Shown one piece after another: positions 46,063 through 57,234 of a DNA stretch of 64,000 nucleotides. This DNA comes from an uncultured Desulfosarcina sp. (GTDB taxonomy: Bacteria > Desulfobacterota > Desulfobacteria > Desulfobacterales > Desulfosarcinaceae). The stretch is from positions 1,024,001-1,088,000 of the forward strand of contig CAXXWQ010000004.1 in assembly GCA_963674945.2 (NCBI GenBank). Direction: 5' to 3'. Under the pieces are notes generated by a model. That model was not told the origin of the DNA. It saw nothing but the letters and a program-made list of their open reading frames with translations, and ran no database searches. Each line of letters opens with the position of its first letter. The first letter of the stretch is position 1. The translations under genes were made by a program, and so were the position numbers.

Positions 46063-47244
46063 TCATCCGGATTGCGCCTCGGGCCTCAAGTGTTCGGGAA
46101 ATTGGCTCAGAAAATAGCGGTCGGTCATGCCCGCGATATAATCCCTGACGATTTCCGGGGGCTTGTGTCCTTGAACATAGGCATTGCTCTTGCCCGCCAA
46201 AAACCGTGAAAAAATCTCAGCCTCTTTTTCATCTTTCGCCAAGGCCGTCATGCAGCGCTCGAACAGGATGGAAAACAGTTCTTTAATCCGGGATGAGTGG
46301 GTCTTGATTTTGGGATTCAGGTAAATATGTTCCAGATTGAAGGCCTTGAGTGCTTTCAGGGCATCGGAGATCTCTGGGCTGAAGGCGACATAGGGACAGT
46401 CACTGCTGTTTTGAATCACATCCGTGACAAGTCGATAGACAATGGTCCCGTTCGTGTCGCCCAGCACCCGGCAAATCTGCCGGGGAATGTCCCCTCGCCA
46501 AAGAATCCCGAGGCGAATGGCGTCTTCCAGGTCGCGGCCGATGTATGCGATGGTGTCGGCCATGCGGACCACGCACCCTTCGGTGGTCATGGGAACGAGT
46601 GAATCGTCCGGATTGGCCATTTTGGCGGCGATTTCTCTTTCGAAAGCATCAAAATCCTTGCGGGGATTGGGCTGTAACAGTCGGTTGTGAATCTCACCGT
46701 CGTGGCAGAGAATACCGTCCAGGGTCTGCAGGCAAAGGTTCCATCCCCGCCCCTTTCGTTCCACCCGATCCAGAAACTGGATGCTTTGCACATTGTGTAA
46801 AAAGGGCCCGATGCCGGCCTCTTGACACAACTGGGACAGGTACCGTTCCCCCTCGTGACCGAAGGGCGTGTGCCCGATATCGTGACCCAACGCGATGGCC
46901 TCGATCAGGTCTTCGTTCAATCGGAGGAACCGGCCAATGGTCCGCGCAATCTTTGAAACCAGCTGTACATGAAGCACCCGGTGGGTGATGTGATCGTTGG
47001 CTATCAGATAGAAAACCTGGGTCTTGTCGATGTATCGGGTGTAGGCATGACTGTGCAGAATCCGATCCGAATCGAGGCTGAAGGATTGCCGGTACCCGGC
47101 CGCGGTATCGACGATGGGACGGCGGCGAATACCGGCATCGCTGAAGGTGGCCGCCGGACTGAAGATTCGCCTCTCCTGTTCGTCGAGGTTCGATTTTAAC
47201 CGTTCCAGTTCCGGCGGTGTGGTAAAAACGTCAGATTTCTCCAT
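46063..47244 (-). CDS. HD-domain dGTPase-like protein
   Basis: DRILHS, KTQVF, GHDIGHTPFGHEGE, DYIAGMTD. Confidence 0.9.
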   Translation of the reverse strand: MEKSDVFTTPPELERLKSNLDEQERRIFSPAATFSDAGIRRRPIVDTAAGYRQSFSLDSDRILHSHAYTRYIDKTQVFYLIANDHITHRVLHVQLVSKIARTIGRFLRLNEDLIEAIALGHDIGHTPFGHEGERYLSQLCQEAGIGPFLHNVQSIQFLDRVERKGRGWNLCLQTLDGILCHDGEIHNRLLQPNPRKDFDAFEREIAAKMANPDDSLVPMTTEGCVVRMADTIAYIGRDLEDAIRLGILWRGDIPRQICRVLGDTNGTIVYRLVTDVIQNSSDCPYVAFSPEISDALKALKAFNLEHIYLNPKIKTHSSRIKELFSILFERCMTALAKDEKEAEIFSRFLAGKSNAYVQGHKPPEIVRDYIAGMTDRYFLSQFPEHLRPEAQSG

Positions 47245-48010
47245 CGTCGATCATCTTCTCCATCATGTGAAAGTAGTCGATCCCTGCCGCCCGGAATCCC
47301 TCCTTTCCATACTTCATGTTCGCTTCCAAAATAACGAAGTCTCCTTCATGACTGCAGACATCCATGCCAACATCGTTCCACCCCAGCCGCTTGGCGGCCG
47401 CCAGGGCCAGGGAAACGGCCTTCTCCGGGACCCCGTCCAGCCGGATGGTACCGCCTTTGGCGACATTGGTGCGAAACTCCCCGTCGGCGGCGATCCGCCA
47501 ATATGCATGTACCGCCTTGTTCCCGATCACCACGACCCGGATATCCCGATCGATGGGAAGGTATTGTTGAATGTATGCCACATGGTGCTGTTCGGTGTAG
47601 GCGGCAAGGTCATCGCTGTTTTTGATTAAAAACACGCCGCGTCCCATGGCCGATCCCCGGGGCTGTTTGGCAACGAAGGGGTAGGAAAAATAATCCGGAA
47701 TTTTCTCTTTCTGGCGTGATCCGTAAAAAATCCGGGTGAACGGATGGGGGAGGCCGGCCAGCTGCAGCAGCGCCGTCTGCTTGATTTTATCCTGAACACA
47801 TTTGTAGGTGTGGTAGCTGGGAAAGGTAGCCTTTCCCACTGCGTCGAAAAGATCGGCATAGAATGCCGTGGGATAATAGATTTTGTCGGCCTCCCGGATC
47901 AACCTGATTTCAGAATCGCTGTAATCGTAAAAGTTGGGGCGGACCCCCAAGGTACGAACGTTACTGCATTTGCGTAATCGCGCCTCCAGCGCCAGGACCT
48001 CTCTGGACAT
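47231..48010 (-). CDS. RimK-like ATP-grasp ligase
   Basis: GSAMGRGV, YIQQYL, DIRV, FRTNV, ILEAN. Confidence 0.88.
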   Translation of the reverse strand: MSREVLALEARLRKCSNVRTLGVRPNFYDYSDSEIRLIREADKIYYPTAFYADLFDAVGKATFPSYHTYKCVQDKIKQTALLQLAGLPHPFTRIFYGSRQKEKIPDYFSYPFVAKQPRGSAMGRGVFLIKNSDDLAAYTEQHHVAYIQQYLPIDRDIRVVVIGNKAVHAYWRIAADGEFRTNVAKGGTIRLDGVPEKAVSLALAAAKRLGWNDVGMDVCSHEGDFVILEANMKYGKEGFRAAGIDYFHMMEKMIDDGEI

Positions 48011-48013
48011 CTT

Positions 48014-48862
48014 TTACAGCCGGCGCACGATGGCCTGCACGACACCGTCCAATGCCTCGACAAAGGCGCCGCCGTTTTTGCCATCCGCAATGGGCGTTCC
48101 GGCATCGCAGCACTGGACCACCTTGGGATCGAAGGGCAATGTACCCAGAAAGGGAATCCCCATGGCCTCGGCGGTAATTCGGCCGCCACGGCTTTTAAAC
48201 AGCTCTACGGTCTTTCCGCAGCAGGGACAGGCAAAGGGCCCCATGTTCTCCACCAAACCCACCGGTTCCAGGTTCACCGTACGACAAAAATTGATTGATT
48301 TTCGGACATCCGCCAGCGCCACCTCCTGGGGTGTGGTGACAATCAGGGCCTTGGCGCCGGTAATGATCTGTGCGACGGAAAGCGGCTCGTCCCCCGTACC
48401 CGGTGGTGCGTCGACCACGAGAAAATCCAGGTCGTCCCACTTCACTTCGGCGACAAACTGCCGGATGACCCCCGTCTTGGCCGGGCCACGCCAGATTACG
48501 GCCTGGTCCGGGTCCTTCATCAACGACTGCATGGAGACCACTTTCAGATGATCGCCGACCATGGTGGGGAGCACCTGCCTCTCCTCGTTGACGTCCAGAG
48601 GGGCGTCGATGCCCAACATACCGGCGATACTGGGGCCATGCAAATCGACGTCCAGCAGGCCGGTGGGAAATCCTTTCCGGGCCAGCGTCACGGCAAGATT
48701 GGTGGCAAAACTCGATTTTCCCACGCCGCCTTTACCGCTCATGACGATAAGTTTGTTTTTGATTTTCGCCAGTGTGTCATTGATATTTCGATCTTGGGGA
48801 TCCGGTTTGCCGCTGCATCCACCATCAACGCATCCGCTTTGTCTGCCTTGTTCATCTTTCAT
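48014..48862 (-). CDS. Mrp/NBP35 (ApbC) Fe-S carrier ATPase
   Basis: SGKGGVGKS, DVDLHGPS, DAPPGTGD, VTTPQ, CPCC. Confidence 0.93.
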   Translation of the reverse strand: MKDEQGRQSGCVDGGCSGKPDPQDRNINDTLAKIKNKLIVMSGKGGVGKSSFATNLAVTLARKGFPTGLLDVDLHGPSIAGMLGIDAPLDVNEERQVLPTMVGDHLKVVSMQSLMKDPDQAVIWRGPAKTGVIRQFVAEVKWDDLDFLVVDAPPGTGDEPLSVAQIITGAKALIVTTPQEVALADVRKSINFCRTVNLEPVGLVENMGPFACPCCGKTVELFKSRGGRITAEAMGIPFLGTLPFDPKVVQCCDAGTPIADGKNGGAFVEALDGVVQAIVRRL

Positions 48863-49685
48863 TGGTTCTTTTTCCCCCGTCTAGTGTGAAGATCCCAACG
48901 CTTACAGCAGGGTTGGGGTTGTATCGCTGTATGGTAAGCGTGATACCCATTTGCGATGCCGCGGTCAATTGAATTGTCTCGGGCAGGACAAACCCGTCGA
49001 TGGTCATGCTTCCGGAAAACATCAGTGTGCGGAGGGGAGTGCCATGCTCGTCCAGCCACTGGGCCCGAATGGGCCGATACTTCTCGTCCAGGGTGATTCG
49101 CTGGCGGGGAATTGCCCTTCGGTCGACCAGTTCAACCTGGACAGGGTCCATGGTTGCGCCCTGGACCATGCGGGCTATGTATTTTTTATCGACAGGAATC
49201 CGCCCCATCAGAAAGTCCAGCAGCTCGCCCACGGTAATGTCGATGCCGGTAAACCGTGACAGGTCGCCCCTTCCGATGGGCCTTTCGTAAAATTCACCCG
49301 ACGAATGAATGTCGGCAAACAGATGGCTGCCATCGCTTGCAATCGTCGTCGATGATCCCCCAAACGGCGTTAACAAATCCATGCGAAGCCACTTGGGCTG
49401 ACGACCGGCAATGGCGACCCGAAAAAATCGCTGCGGTTGATCCGGCATCGCCAGGACGATCTTTGCCATGCACGTAAAGCTGGTCAGTGCGCTGTCGCCC
49501 TGCACGATTCCGGTTACGATTTTTTCTGCCTGCACGTCTTTTGGGATGTCCGGCGCAGCCAGGTGGGAACAGGCAACGGGCAGACACAGTATCAGGATCG
49601 AAACGACAGGAAGCCATTTCGATACCATGGCATTGGCAAAGGCTGAGTTCCTCCCATTTCGGCAGGGCGTACGCATGCTGGTCAT
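48852..49685 (-). CDS. LolB/DUF4292-like lipoprotein
   Basis: PVAC lipobox, LRMDLLTPFG, LPETIQL; ATGA overlap with the TPR gene stop. Confidence 0.65.
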   Translation of the reverse strand: MTSMRTPCRNGRNSAFANAMVSKWLPVVSILILCLPVACSHLAAPDIPKDVQAEKIVTGIVQGDSALTSFTCMAKIVLAMPDQPQRFFRVAIAGRQPKWLRMDLLTPFGGSSTTIASDGSHLFADIHSSGEFYERPIGRGDLSRFTGIDITVGELLDFLMGRIPVDKKYIARMVQGATMDPVQVELVDRRAIPRQRITLDEKYRPIRAQWLDEHGTPLRTLMFSGSMTIDGFVLPETIQLTAASQMGITLTIQRYNPNPAVSVGIFTLDGGKRTNER

Positions 49686-51403
49686 GGTGTGAGGCGTCGA
49701 ATTTTCTCTTCCACGACGGCCTTGTCCGAATGGCCGTTCTCGATGGACTGACGATAGCTTTCCAATGCTTTTTCCGTCATTCCCAGTTTCACGTAGACAT
49801 CTCCCAGATGTTCTTTCACGATGGGATCGTCGGGAACGAGGCTGGCCGCTTCCTTCAAAAGGGGCAGTGCCTGCTCGTATTCCCCCCGCTTGTAAAAGAC
49901 CCATGCAAGGCTGTCGGTAATGTATCCGTCACCTGGTTTCTGGGCCAACGCCCTTCGGATCAGTTGCTCGGCTTCGTCCAGGTTGATTCCCATGTCGGCA
50001 AAGGTATAGCCCAGATAGTTCAACGCGTTGGCATTTTCCGGATCATACTGGAGCACCTGTCGCATGGCGGCAATGGAGTCGTCTTTTTTTCCCCACTTAT
50101 CATACACGACCCCGAGCCTGAAATAGAGACGTGGGTTTTTCGGATCCAGATCGATTCCTTCACGCAAAGCGGCTGCGGCCTTGTCCCATGCCTCCAATTG
50201 CTCGTAGAAAGAGCCCAAATAAAGTCGGAATTCGGGATTTTGCTCATCCTTTCCGATGGTTTCCAGCATGAAGGCGACGGCCGACGGGAGTTTGTCCGTC
50301 TCCTGATATAAAAGGGCGGCGTGAACCGCGGCATTTTGAAAAAAACGAGAATCCGGCTGCACCTGTTTCAGCTGCTCGATGGCAGCGTCCTTTTTGCCCA
50401 TACCGTCCAAGGCCACGCCGGCAAGGTACCGCAGGTCCGAATTGTCCGGCACCTCCGCAATCATGCCGTCAATGATGGTGCTTGCCGCCGCATATTGTTT
50501 GGTGTCGAGGTATTCCCGCACCAATATCCGAATCACCGTCTGATCGGAAACAGATTCCCGGCCCAATACGGCAAAGATTTCCCGGGCCTTTTTTTTCTCT
50601 CCCTTTCGATGGTAGGTGTAGCCCATAGACATGCGCGCGAGGCTGTTGTCTGGATTTTGCTGCAATATCTCGGAATAGATGGAAATTGCCTTATCGAAGT
50701 CCCCCTCTTCTTCATAAAGCGCCCCCAAGGCAAACCGAGATTCGATCAGTTCGGGTTCGATCGCCAATGTCTTTTCGAAATAGATACGGGCACTTTTATT
50801 ATCCCCCAGATGGGCGCTGACCTGCCCCAGAAAAAAGTATCCGACGTAGGATCGGGGGAAATGGGTTACCAGTTGTTCATAGACCTTTCTTGCCTGGTCC
50901 CACGCTTGCTGGTCCATGAGCATGCCACCCAGTTGCAAATAGATGCGCTCTTGCGTCGGATCGAGAAAGAGAACCTGCCGATACGCGGCGATCGCTTCTT
51001 GTGTCTGGTCCAGTTGCTGATATATCTGGCCGGACAAAATCAGGGACGGGACATCGTCGGGCTGTTTTTCTAGAACCTCGCCCAACAGCGCCAATGCCTT
51101 CTCGTTGTTCTTCTTCATCAACCAGAACCCGGCCAGTTCCCTTTTCAGATAGGCTGAATCCGGATCCAGCGCTACGGCCTGATCCATGAGTGCAATGGCC
51201 CGGTCGACATTTCCCCGTTTGATGCTCAGATGCGCTTCGGCAAAAAAGTAATACGCATTGGCGGGTCGATTTTGCTTCTGATTCAAAGGGACGTGCGGAC
51301 GTTCACCCATCTTCTTTGCCGTCTGGCTTGCCGTCTGGCCACAGCCCACGATGATTCCCACAAGGAGCACAATTGAAAGGTATTTATGGTACTTACATAT
51401 CAT
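49682..51403 (-). CDS. TPR lipoprotein
   Basis: IVGC lipobox, many TPRs, ALNYLGY, YITDSLAW, EHLGD. Confidence 0.9.
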   Translation of the reverse strand: MICKYHKYLSIVLLVGIIVGCGQTASQTAKKMGERPHVPLNQKQNRPANAYYFFAEAHLSIKRGNVDRAIALMDQAVALDPDSAYLKRELAGFWLMKKNNEKALALLGEVLEKQPDDVPSLILSGQIYQQLDQTQEAIAAYRQVLFLDPTQERIYLQLGGMLMDQQAWDQARKVYEQLVTHFPRSYVGYFFLGQVSAHLGDNKSARIYFEKTLAIEPELIESRFALGALYEEEGDFDKAISIYSEILQQNPDNSLARMSMGYTYHRKGEKKKAREIFAVLGRESVSDQTVIRILVREYLDTKQYAAASTIIDGMIAEVPDNSDLRYLAGVALDGMGKKDAAIEQLKQVQPDSRFFQNAAVHAALLYQETDKLPSAVAFMLETIGKDEQNPEFRLYLGSFYEQLEAWDKAAAALREGIDLDPKNPRLYFRLGVVYDKWGKKDDSIAAMRQVLQYDPENANALNYLGYTFADMGINLDEAEQLIRRALAQKPGDGYITDSLAWVFYKRGEYEQALPLLKEAASLVPDDPIVKEHLGDVYVKLGMTEKALESYRQSIENGHSDKAVVEEKIRRLTP

Positions 51404-51503
51404 TTTATTTGCTTTCACACGAAAAACCCACGAAATCGAAAGGTACGCGGCATCGAGAATCGCAAGGCATGTGATGTTGGTATGACAAAGCGGCAGGAAG
51501 TGA

Positions 51504-52439
51504 TCAGGACACACCTTCTGTGTAGGTTTCGAAATCGGGAATTTCTTTTTTGAAATAGTCCCTCATCTTTTTCACCACGTTTTTCTCGACTTGCCTCACA
51601 CGTTCGCGGGATATCCCGTACTTATCACCGATTTCCTGGAGTGTGACCGGCGTGTCGGAAAAGATACGTTTATCGAAGATCTCCATCTCCCGCTCGGTCA
51701 TTTGTTTTCTGAATTCGGCGATTTTCTGGTTGAGCAGTGATGACATCTCCTTTTTCGCCACACTCTCCTCTGCCGATTCGGACTCGGTGCTCATGAACTC
51801 GATCCGCTCCGTATCGGAGTCCTCTTTCAATGGTGCGTCAAGCGAGATGTCCCAACCATCCAGTCGTTGGTCCATGTCCACAATCTCTCGTTCGGAGACC
51901 CCCAGCCGTTGGCTGAGAAGCTTTGGCTTCGGGTCAAATCCCTCGTCGATGAGCTTTTGTTTTTCCTTCTTTAACTTAAAGAATAATTTGCGTTGTCCCT
52001 GGGTAGTGCCGATCTTTACCAAACGCCAATTATCCATTATGAATTTAAGGATATAGGCTTTTATCCAGAAAGAGGCGTAATAAGAAAACTTAACATTTTT
52101 ATAGGGGTCGAATTTTTTCACCGCCTGCATCAAACCGATGTTTCCCTCCTGAATCAGATCCAGCAGGTTCTGCATCCATACGCGCTGAAATTCCAAGGCA
52201 ATCTTGACCACCAAACGCAGATTCGAAGTGACAAGCTGATATGCGGCCTCCTGGTCGCCATGCTCCTGAACCCGTTTGCCCAGCGCCACCTCCTCCTCCC
52301 GTGTCAGCAAATGATACTGGCTGATCTCGGAGAGGTAACGCTGCAAAGGATCATACTTAACAAGCGATTTGTCACTGCCCTTTGCAACTGGCCCCGTATT
52401 CTTGGGCGGTTTTGTTTCTTTCACCGTTGTTTTTTTCAT
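51504..52439 (-). CDS. rpoH: RNA polymerase sigma factor, RpoH/sigma-32-like
   Basis: SNLRLVVKIA, DLIQEGNIGL, RpoH box TTQGQRKLFFKL, SRERVRQ. Confidence 0.9.
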   Translation of the reverse strand: MKKTTVKETKPPKNTGPVAKGSDKSLVKYDPLQRYLSEISQYHLLTREEEVALGKRVQEHGDQEAAYQLVTSNLRLVVKIALEFQRVWMQNLLDLIQEGNIGLMQAVKKFDPYKNVKFSYYASFWIKAYILKFIMDNWRLVKIGTTQGQRKLFFKLKKEKQKLIDEGFDPKPKLLSQRLGVSEREIVDMDQRLDGWDISLDAPLKEDSDTERIEFMSTESESAEESVAKKEMSSLLNQKIAEFRKQMTEREMEIFDKRIFSDTPVTLQEIGDKYGISRERVRQVEKNVVKKMRDYFKKEIPDFETYTEGVS

Positions 52440-52555
52440 TCACCATTCCACTTTGATATGTTTTCGAATGGGCAACGTCGGAAGATATCGGGTGACCGGC
52501 TGGATTTTCATATGGACATTACAATTCCACTATGGTACGGATGCCGGTGATTTCC

Positions 52556-52632
<77 letters not shown>

Positions 52633-52900
52633 CCTCGCGCCTTGCCCGGACACTGATTCGTACAATCCCTTTCCCAAACGTTTTCCAATTCGATGGCAGC
52701 CGCTTCGATCGTCGTCACCAAAGCCAAAGTCGGCACATCATCTCCAATTGGGATCGTGACCGACGCAGACCGCCCGTTTCACCTCGGGCAGACGTGATTC
52801 TTCGAAAAATGTTGAGAGAACCACGTCTATCCAAAGTCTAGTAATATAACATACTCGATGGTAATTTGAAAAACGATAAATAATTAGAAACGAAAACACT

Positions 52901-52930
52901 GAAATGCCGGGGCAAAATTCACCGGCATTC
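52901..52930. terminator. Hairpin between tRNA-Arg and the convergent response regulator
   Basis: AATGCCGG pairs with CCGGCATT. Confidence 0.5.
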
Positions 52931-53012
52931 GTATTTTGGAAAGGTGGATACTCTTGCGAATGATCTTACATGAAACCCTATGCAAGGATGTGTGACAAGA
53001 TACTTCAGCGGT

Positions 53013-53390
53013 TCACGCTTCTTTGAGTTTCAAAATGTTCTTTGCTCGCTCAATCAGCTGTTCCCCTTTAAAAGGCTTGACGATATAGTCCTTGACCCCC
53101 ATTTTCACGATCTGCATGACATTTTCCTTTCCCGATTCCGCCGTGAGCATGATTACGGGAATGTCCTTCAGGTCGTTCTCGGCCTTGAGTTTGCCCAGCA
53201 TCTCGATACCGGTCATCACCGGCATGGTGATATCGAGAATGATCAAATCCGGCATTTCCTTGGCGGCGATGGCAAGACCCTCCACGCCGTTTTCACCCTC
53301 GAACAGTTCACAATTATATGGTTTGAACGCTTTTTTCACGATCATCCGGATGGTTTTACTATCATCAACCGTTAGGATCTTATACGCCAT
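53013..53390 (-). CDS. Single-domain CheY-like response regulator
   Basis: ILTVDDS, LDITMP, MLTA, VKPF. Confidence 0.93.
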   Translation of the reverse strand: MAYKILTVDDSKTIRMIVKKAFKPYNCELFEGENGVEGLAIAAKEMPDLIILDITMPVMTGIEMLGKLKAENDLKDIPVIMLTAESGKENVMQIVKMGVKDYIVKPFKGEQLIERAKNILKLKEA

Positions 53391-53594
53391 CACTTACCTC
53401 CGAAATAAAAAAGGATTTTTCAGATTGTTTTCGAACTTATACTATCGGTCCCACACGATGATTCTTTAGCCCATTCATTACAAAAAGTAGGAATCGCGTT
53501 CATTGCACCTTTTTATTTTTCCCAAAGACACGAACGGATAACGGCGGATATGTGAATATGCGTCGGTTGCAGCGACGAAACTGATCGGCGCTGT

Positions 53595-54443
53595 CTATTC
53601 CAGTTGAAACAATTCGTTGACACGTTCCAGCTTTTCCGCAAATTCATCAACGACAGCTTGCATTGTAGATTCGTCGATCCCCAGCGACCGCGCGACACGC
53701 CCATCTTCCGGATAAAATGGGTCGTCAATGCCTTTGCCGATTTCCATCCTTCGGCAAAGGGCGTCGGCAAGATAAACAACGGATGCATTGAGATAGCAAC
53801 CTTTCGCTTCCAAAGGACGGTGATAATATATAAGGATGCATTGAAGTGGTTTGGGAAAATTCCAGCTTTTGGCCACCATTGCCCCCACCTGGGTATGGTC
53901 GAAGCCCAACACCTGGCGCTCCGCCTCCCGAAATGTCACGTTCTTGTCCTTTACACGATCCAGGACCTGGATCATCGCCGATCGAAGGTATTGATTCAAG
54001 ATCACCTTGCCGATATCTCGCATCAGGGCGCCGGTAAAAATGAGACCGGTTTCCTTCAATCCTTTGATTTTAGATAGATCGTTGGCAATAATGGCAGCAG
54101 AGACGGCGCTCTTCCACAACTCCCCTTTGTCCAACCCATACCCCTCGTGGGCGCCTTCGAAGCTCTTTGCACAAGTGGCCAGTAACACCAGGTCAATCAC
54201 CTGACGCATTCCCAGATAAATTACCGCTTGCTTGGCTTCGTAGATCTTACCCGGCAACCCGAAAAATGCCGAGTTGGCAAGTTTAAGCACATTTGCCGTC
54301 AATGCCGGTTCATGTTGGATGATATTGGCAAGATCAGACATGCCACATTCCGGGTCACCCAAGAGGGCCATTACTTTTTCGCCGGCATCCGAAACCGGTC
54401 TGAGTTGATTGACCTCTTCGAGAATATCTTCGATGGTCGGCAT
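53595..54443 (-). CDS. HDOD domain protein
   Basis: EPALTANVLKLANSAFFG, LMRDIGK, GFDHTQVG, WNFP. Confidence 0.9.
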   Translation of the reverse strand: MPTIEDILEEVNQLRPVSDAGEKVMALLGDPECGMSDLANIIQHEPALTANVLKLANSAFFGLPGKIYEAKQAVIYLGMRQVIDLVLLATCAKSFEGAHEGYGLDKGELWKSAVSAAIIANDLSKIKGLKETGLIFTGALMRDIGKVILNQYLRSAMIQVLDRVKDKNVTFREAERQVLGFDHTQVGAMVAKSWNFPKPLQCILIYYHRPLEAKGCYLNASVVYLADALCRRMEIGKGIDDPFYPEDGRVARSLGIDESTMQAVVDEFAEKLERVNELFQLE

Positions 54444-54509
54444 TTTATTGGGTTCGCTTTCCTTTTGGTGGAATGAAAACGAAGACACGTATAACGCCTT
54501 GGCAATCGA

Positions 54510-54950
54510 TCAGGAGGGCAATTCTTTCGAGGTGCCGATGCAGTGTGCCAGAAGTTCCTCGAGTTGCTGCTTGTGTTCGGCATCCAGCTTCTTGAATTCC
54601 AAAGCGTCGGACCGATGTTCTTCGGCCGATTTCTTTCTTTTCTTTTTAGATGCTGCAAAGATGGGAGAATAGGGGATGTTGTGGATGTAAATCCCCTTTT
54701 CGGTCATCAGTAGATCCAATTCAAAAGAGCCTTCTTCGGGCATGTGGCCGCAATCACCTTCGAAGGCGATTCCTCCGAGCCCCAGATTTCGCACCTGCCC
54801 CATCATCTCTGTTTTGGATTTATAGATGACCATGGCAATCTCGCCGATACTCATCTTTTTGTGGTTCAGTAATGGTTCCACCTTGTCTCTCAAGATCATG
54901 AATGTACCACGTGGCATGGCGTAGCGCGGATGTTTTCTACGTTCAATCAT
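54510..54950 (-). CDS. PilZ domain protein
   Basis: ERRKHPR and NLGLGG motifs. Confidence 0.8.
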   Translation of the reverse strand: MIERRKHPRYAMPRGTFMILRDKVEPLLNHKKMSIGEIAMVIYKSKTEMMGQVRNLGLGGIAFEGDCGHMPEEGSFELDLLMTEKGIYIHNIPYSPIFAASKKKRKKSAEEHRSDALEFKKLDAEHKQQLEELLAHCIGTSKELPS

Positions 54951-55552
54951 TTACAATTCCCACATGTTGTCGTTGTTTTATTCTAATCGAATCCGTTTTG
55001 GGCAAATGAAAGCCACAATCGGACAATCTGCTCGGCATCTTTTTTGTCTTCAAAGCGGTGTCGACGGCCTGTCGCGTTGATCGTTGAGATGAGAACTCAA
55101 TTTTAGCATGCAATATAAACGCCAACGGTTAAGCTTTTTTCGTTCGGGTGAGAAGCAGATCAACGCAATTCGGCACGGCAGAGGGACTTTGACGACAACG
55201 GGCAATGTGCCATCACCAACCTGAGTGCTTGTTGCCAGTGCAAACAGGTGGCCGTCCTGCCAGAAGGAGACAAGATAATGGCGGGACCGACAAAATTTCA
55301 ACACGAACACTGACGCAAGCGAGCCTTGTATCACCACTGGCCGAAAATACCGGCAGAACTATGATAAATTTAAAAATATTAGGATAACAATTGCTTGTCA
55401 AGTAACTTCGAAAACTCCTGGACCGGGAACGCACTGCATACCATCATTGAATTTAGGCATTGTGTATGGTAGGTAAAATAAAATATCATTATCGCAAATA
55501 TTCTTATAAAATGTGAAGATAAAGCCGATTTCCCAACGCCGGTGAGATTCGT

Positions 55553-56296
55553 ATGCCACAGACTGCGACCGCAATGATTCAACTGATTCACATCCGCGGA
55601 CCGATGAAGGGCCAAAGCCAGGCTTTCTCAGAATTTCCCGTTTCCATTGGCAGGCATCCAACGTGTCATGTCCGGTTTGACCGGACACAGACCACCATTT
55701 CCAGGCAACATGCCCGTATTGAACGCCAGGGGAATCGATTCCGTATCATCGATACCAGTACAAACGGCACATTTGTCAATGGAAAGCGAATCGCCGATAT
55801 ATACCTTCGAGACGGAGATGCCATCACCTTTTCACCCGAAGGGCCCAAAGCCAATTTTATTGCTCAATTCGGTACCGATCACCATTCCCAGCAATCTTCC
55901 GACACCTCGAAAAGCGCCCAGGTGCCATCCGATGCGGGGATGACAATGGGTCCTGCCATGGAGATTCCCGTTACCGTATCGGAAAAGCCCCTGATGATTC
56001 AGTATGGTGAGAAGTTAAAAACCTATTCACTCTTGCCCATCACCATCGGTTCGGACAACACTTGTGATTTTGTTATCCCCGGCGACACCCTGGCAGGCTG
56101 CCACATTCAATTCTTTTTTTGGGAGAACGACTACTACGTCAAGGACTTGACCGGGGAAAACCTGGTTACCATCAATGGCCGACCCATTGGCGACAAGTCC
56201 GTACTGGCCACGGGTGCGGAACTCTCGTTGAGTAAAATCGGCCCTCGATTCCGCTTCCTGGAGGGCGGCAGATTGGCCCACATTCGGGAGCCGTAA
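55553..56296 (+). CDS. Protein with two FHA domains
   Basis: IGR...ISRQHA...STNGTFVNG; second, degenerate FHA (IGSDNTCD...VTING). Confidence 0.88.
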   Translation: MPQTATAMIQLIHIRGPMKGQSQAFSEFPVSIGRHPTCHVRFDRTQTTISRQHARIERQGNRFRIIDTSTNGTFVNGKRIADIYLRDGDAITFSPEGPKANFIAQFGTDHHSQQSSDTSKSAQVPSDAGMTMGPAMEIPVTVSEKPLMIQYGEKLKTYSLLPITIGSDNTCDFVIPGDTLAGCHIQFFFWENDYYVKDLTGENLVTINGRPIGDKSVLATGAELSLSKIGPRFRFLEGGRLAHIREP

Positions 56297-56316
56297 TCCG
56301 ACAAAAGAGGCTGCCC

Positions 56317-57234
56317 TCAAGGGGAGACACTGGAGAAGGACCATTGTGCCTCATAGAATTCAACACCCTGATCGGGTTCGCTGGTCTTCTTCGCCTGGAT
56401 GTTGATCCCCCTCGCCCTTCGGGATAGATCCGTTTTCGTTCCCCGAAAGACACCCAACCCGCCACCGATGGTTTTGGTGGGAAGTCTGTCCATAAACCCC
56501 TCGCTGGCATATACGACGATCCTGTCCGTACCGTAGGGTGGTGACACGGAGAGGGAATACTGGTCCTCGACGTCGGGAATGCGATATTTGATTCCGGCCT
56601 TGAAGAAGTTATTGGTCCGATGGTCATTGGGAAGCAGCTGGACGATATCGCCATTGGTCATGATATCCACGACAACCGCGAAGAAATCACGGTTGCCTTG
56701 TAGATAGATCACCACATCTTCCCCATGGGTATAGGTCTTTTTGTCTGTCCACACCTTGACGGTTAACGGCGCGGCCGTGTCATTCAGCAGTTCTTTCACC
56801 GGCTCCTGCTTTTCCCCGTCGAGACGCGAATGGTGTTTCGGCGCAATGTCGTAAAACACCTCCGCCTTGATCCACACATGGTAGCGGCTATTTTCCTCCA
56901 CCCCGTGATCTTTTTGTTCCAGTATCCGAACCGCGCCGTCGACTTCGGACCAGATCAAGTCATAGGTGAGGTTCCCATCTTCCACTTTGGTCTTGGATTG
57001 CATGTAGGTCTGCGCTGCTTCCAGGGCCTGGCGTTTGGCCAGGGAGAACGCTTCGGATCGAATCTGGCTCAGGGTCTTGTCTTCGGAGAGATAGGCAAAC
57101 GCATCGACCTGATGAATGGAGGACCGCTTATCGCGATCCGGTGTCTGTTCTTGGGCTGCCACGGCGGCAAGGGGAAACCCCAAAGCGATGACGATGAGGG
57201 ACATAACGGCAAATAAGCGTCGGATTTTTTTCAC
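56317..57234 (-). CDS. Exported DUF4384 domain protein
   Basis: Signal peptide, VKVWTDKKTY, QLLPN, VSPPYGTD; GTG start after GAGAGGA. Confidence 0.8.
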   Translation of the reverse strand: MKKIRRLFAVMSLIVIALGFPLAAVAAQEQTPDRDKRSSIHQVDAFAYLSEDKTLSQIRSEAFSLAKRQALEAAQTYMQSKTKVEDGNLTYDLIWSEVDGAVRILEQKDHGVEENSRYHVWIKAEVFYDIAPKHHSRLDGEKQEPVKELLNDTAAPLTVKVWTDKKTYTHGEDVVIYLQGNRDFFAVVVDIMTNGDIVQLLPNDHRTNNFFKAGIKYRIPDVEDQYSLSVSPPYGTDRIVVYASEGFMDRLPTKTIGGGLGVFRGTKTDLSRRARGINIQAKKTSEPDQGVEFYEAQWSFSSVSP

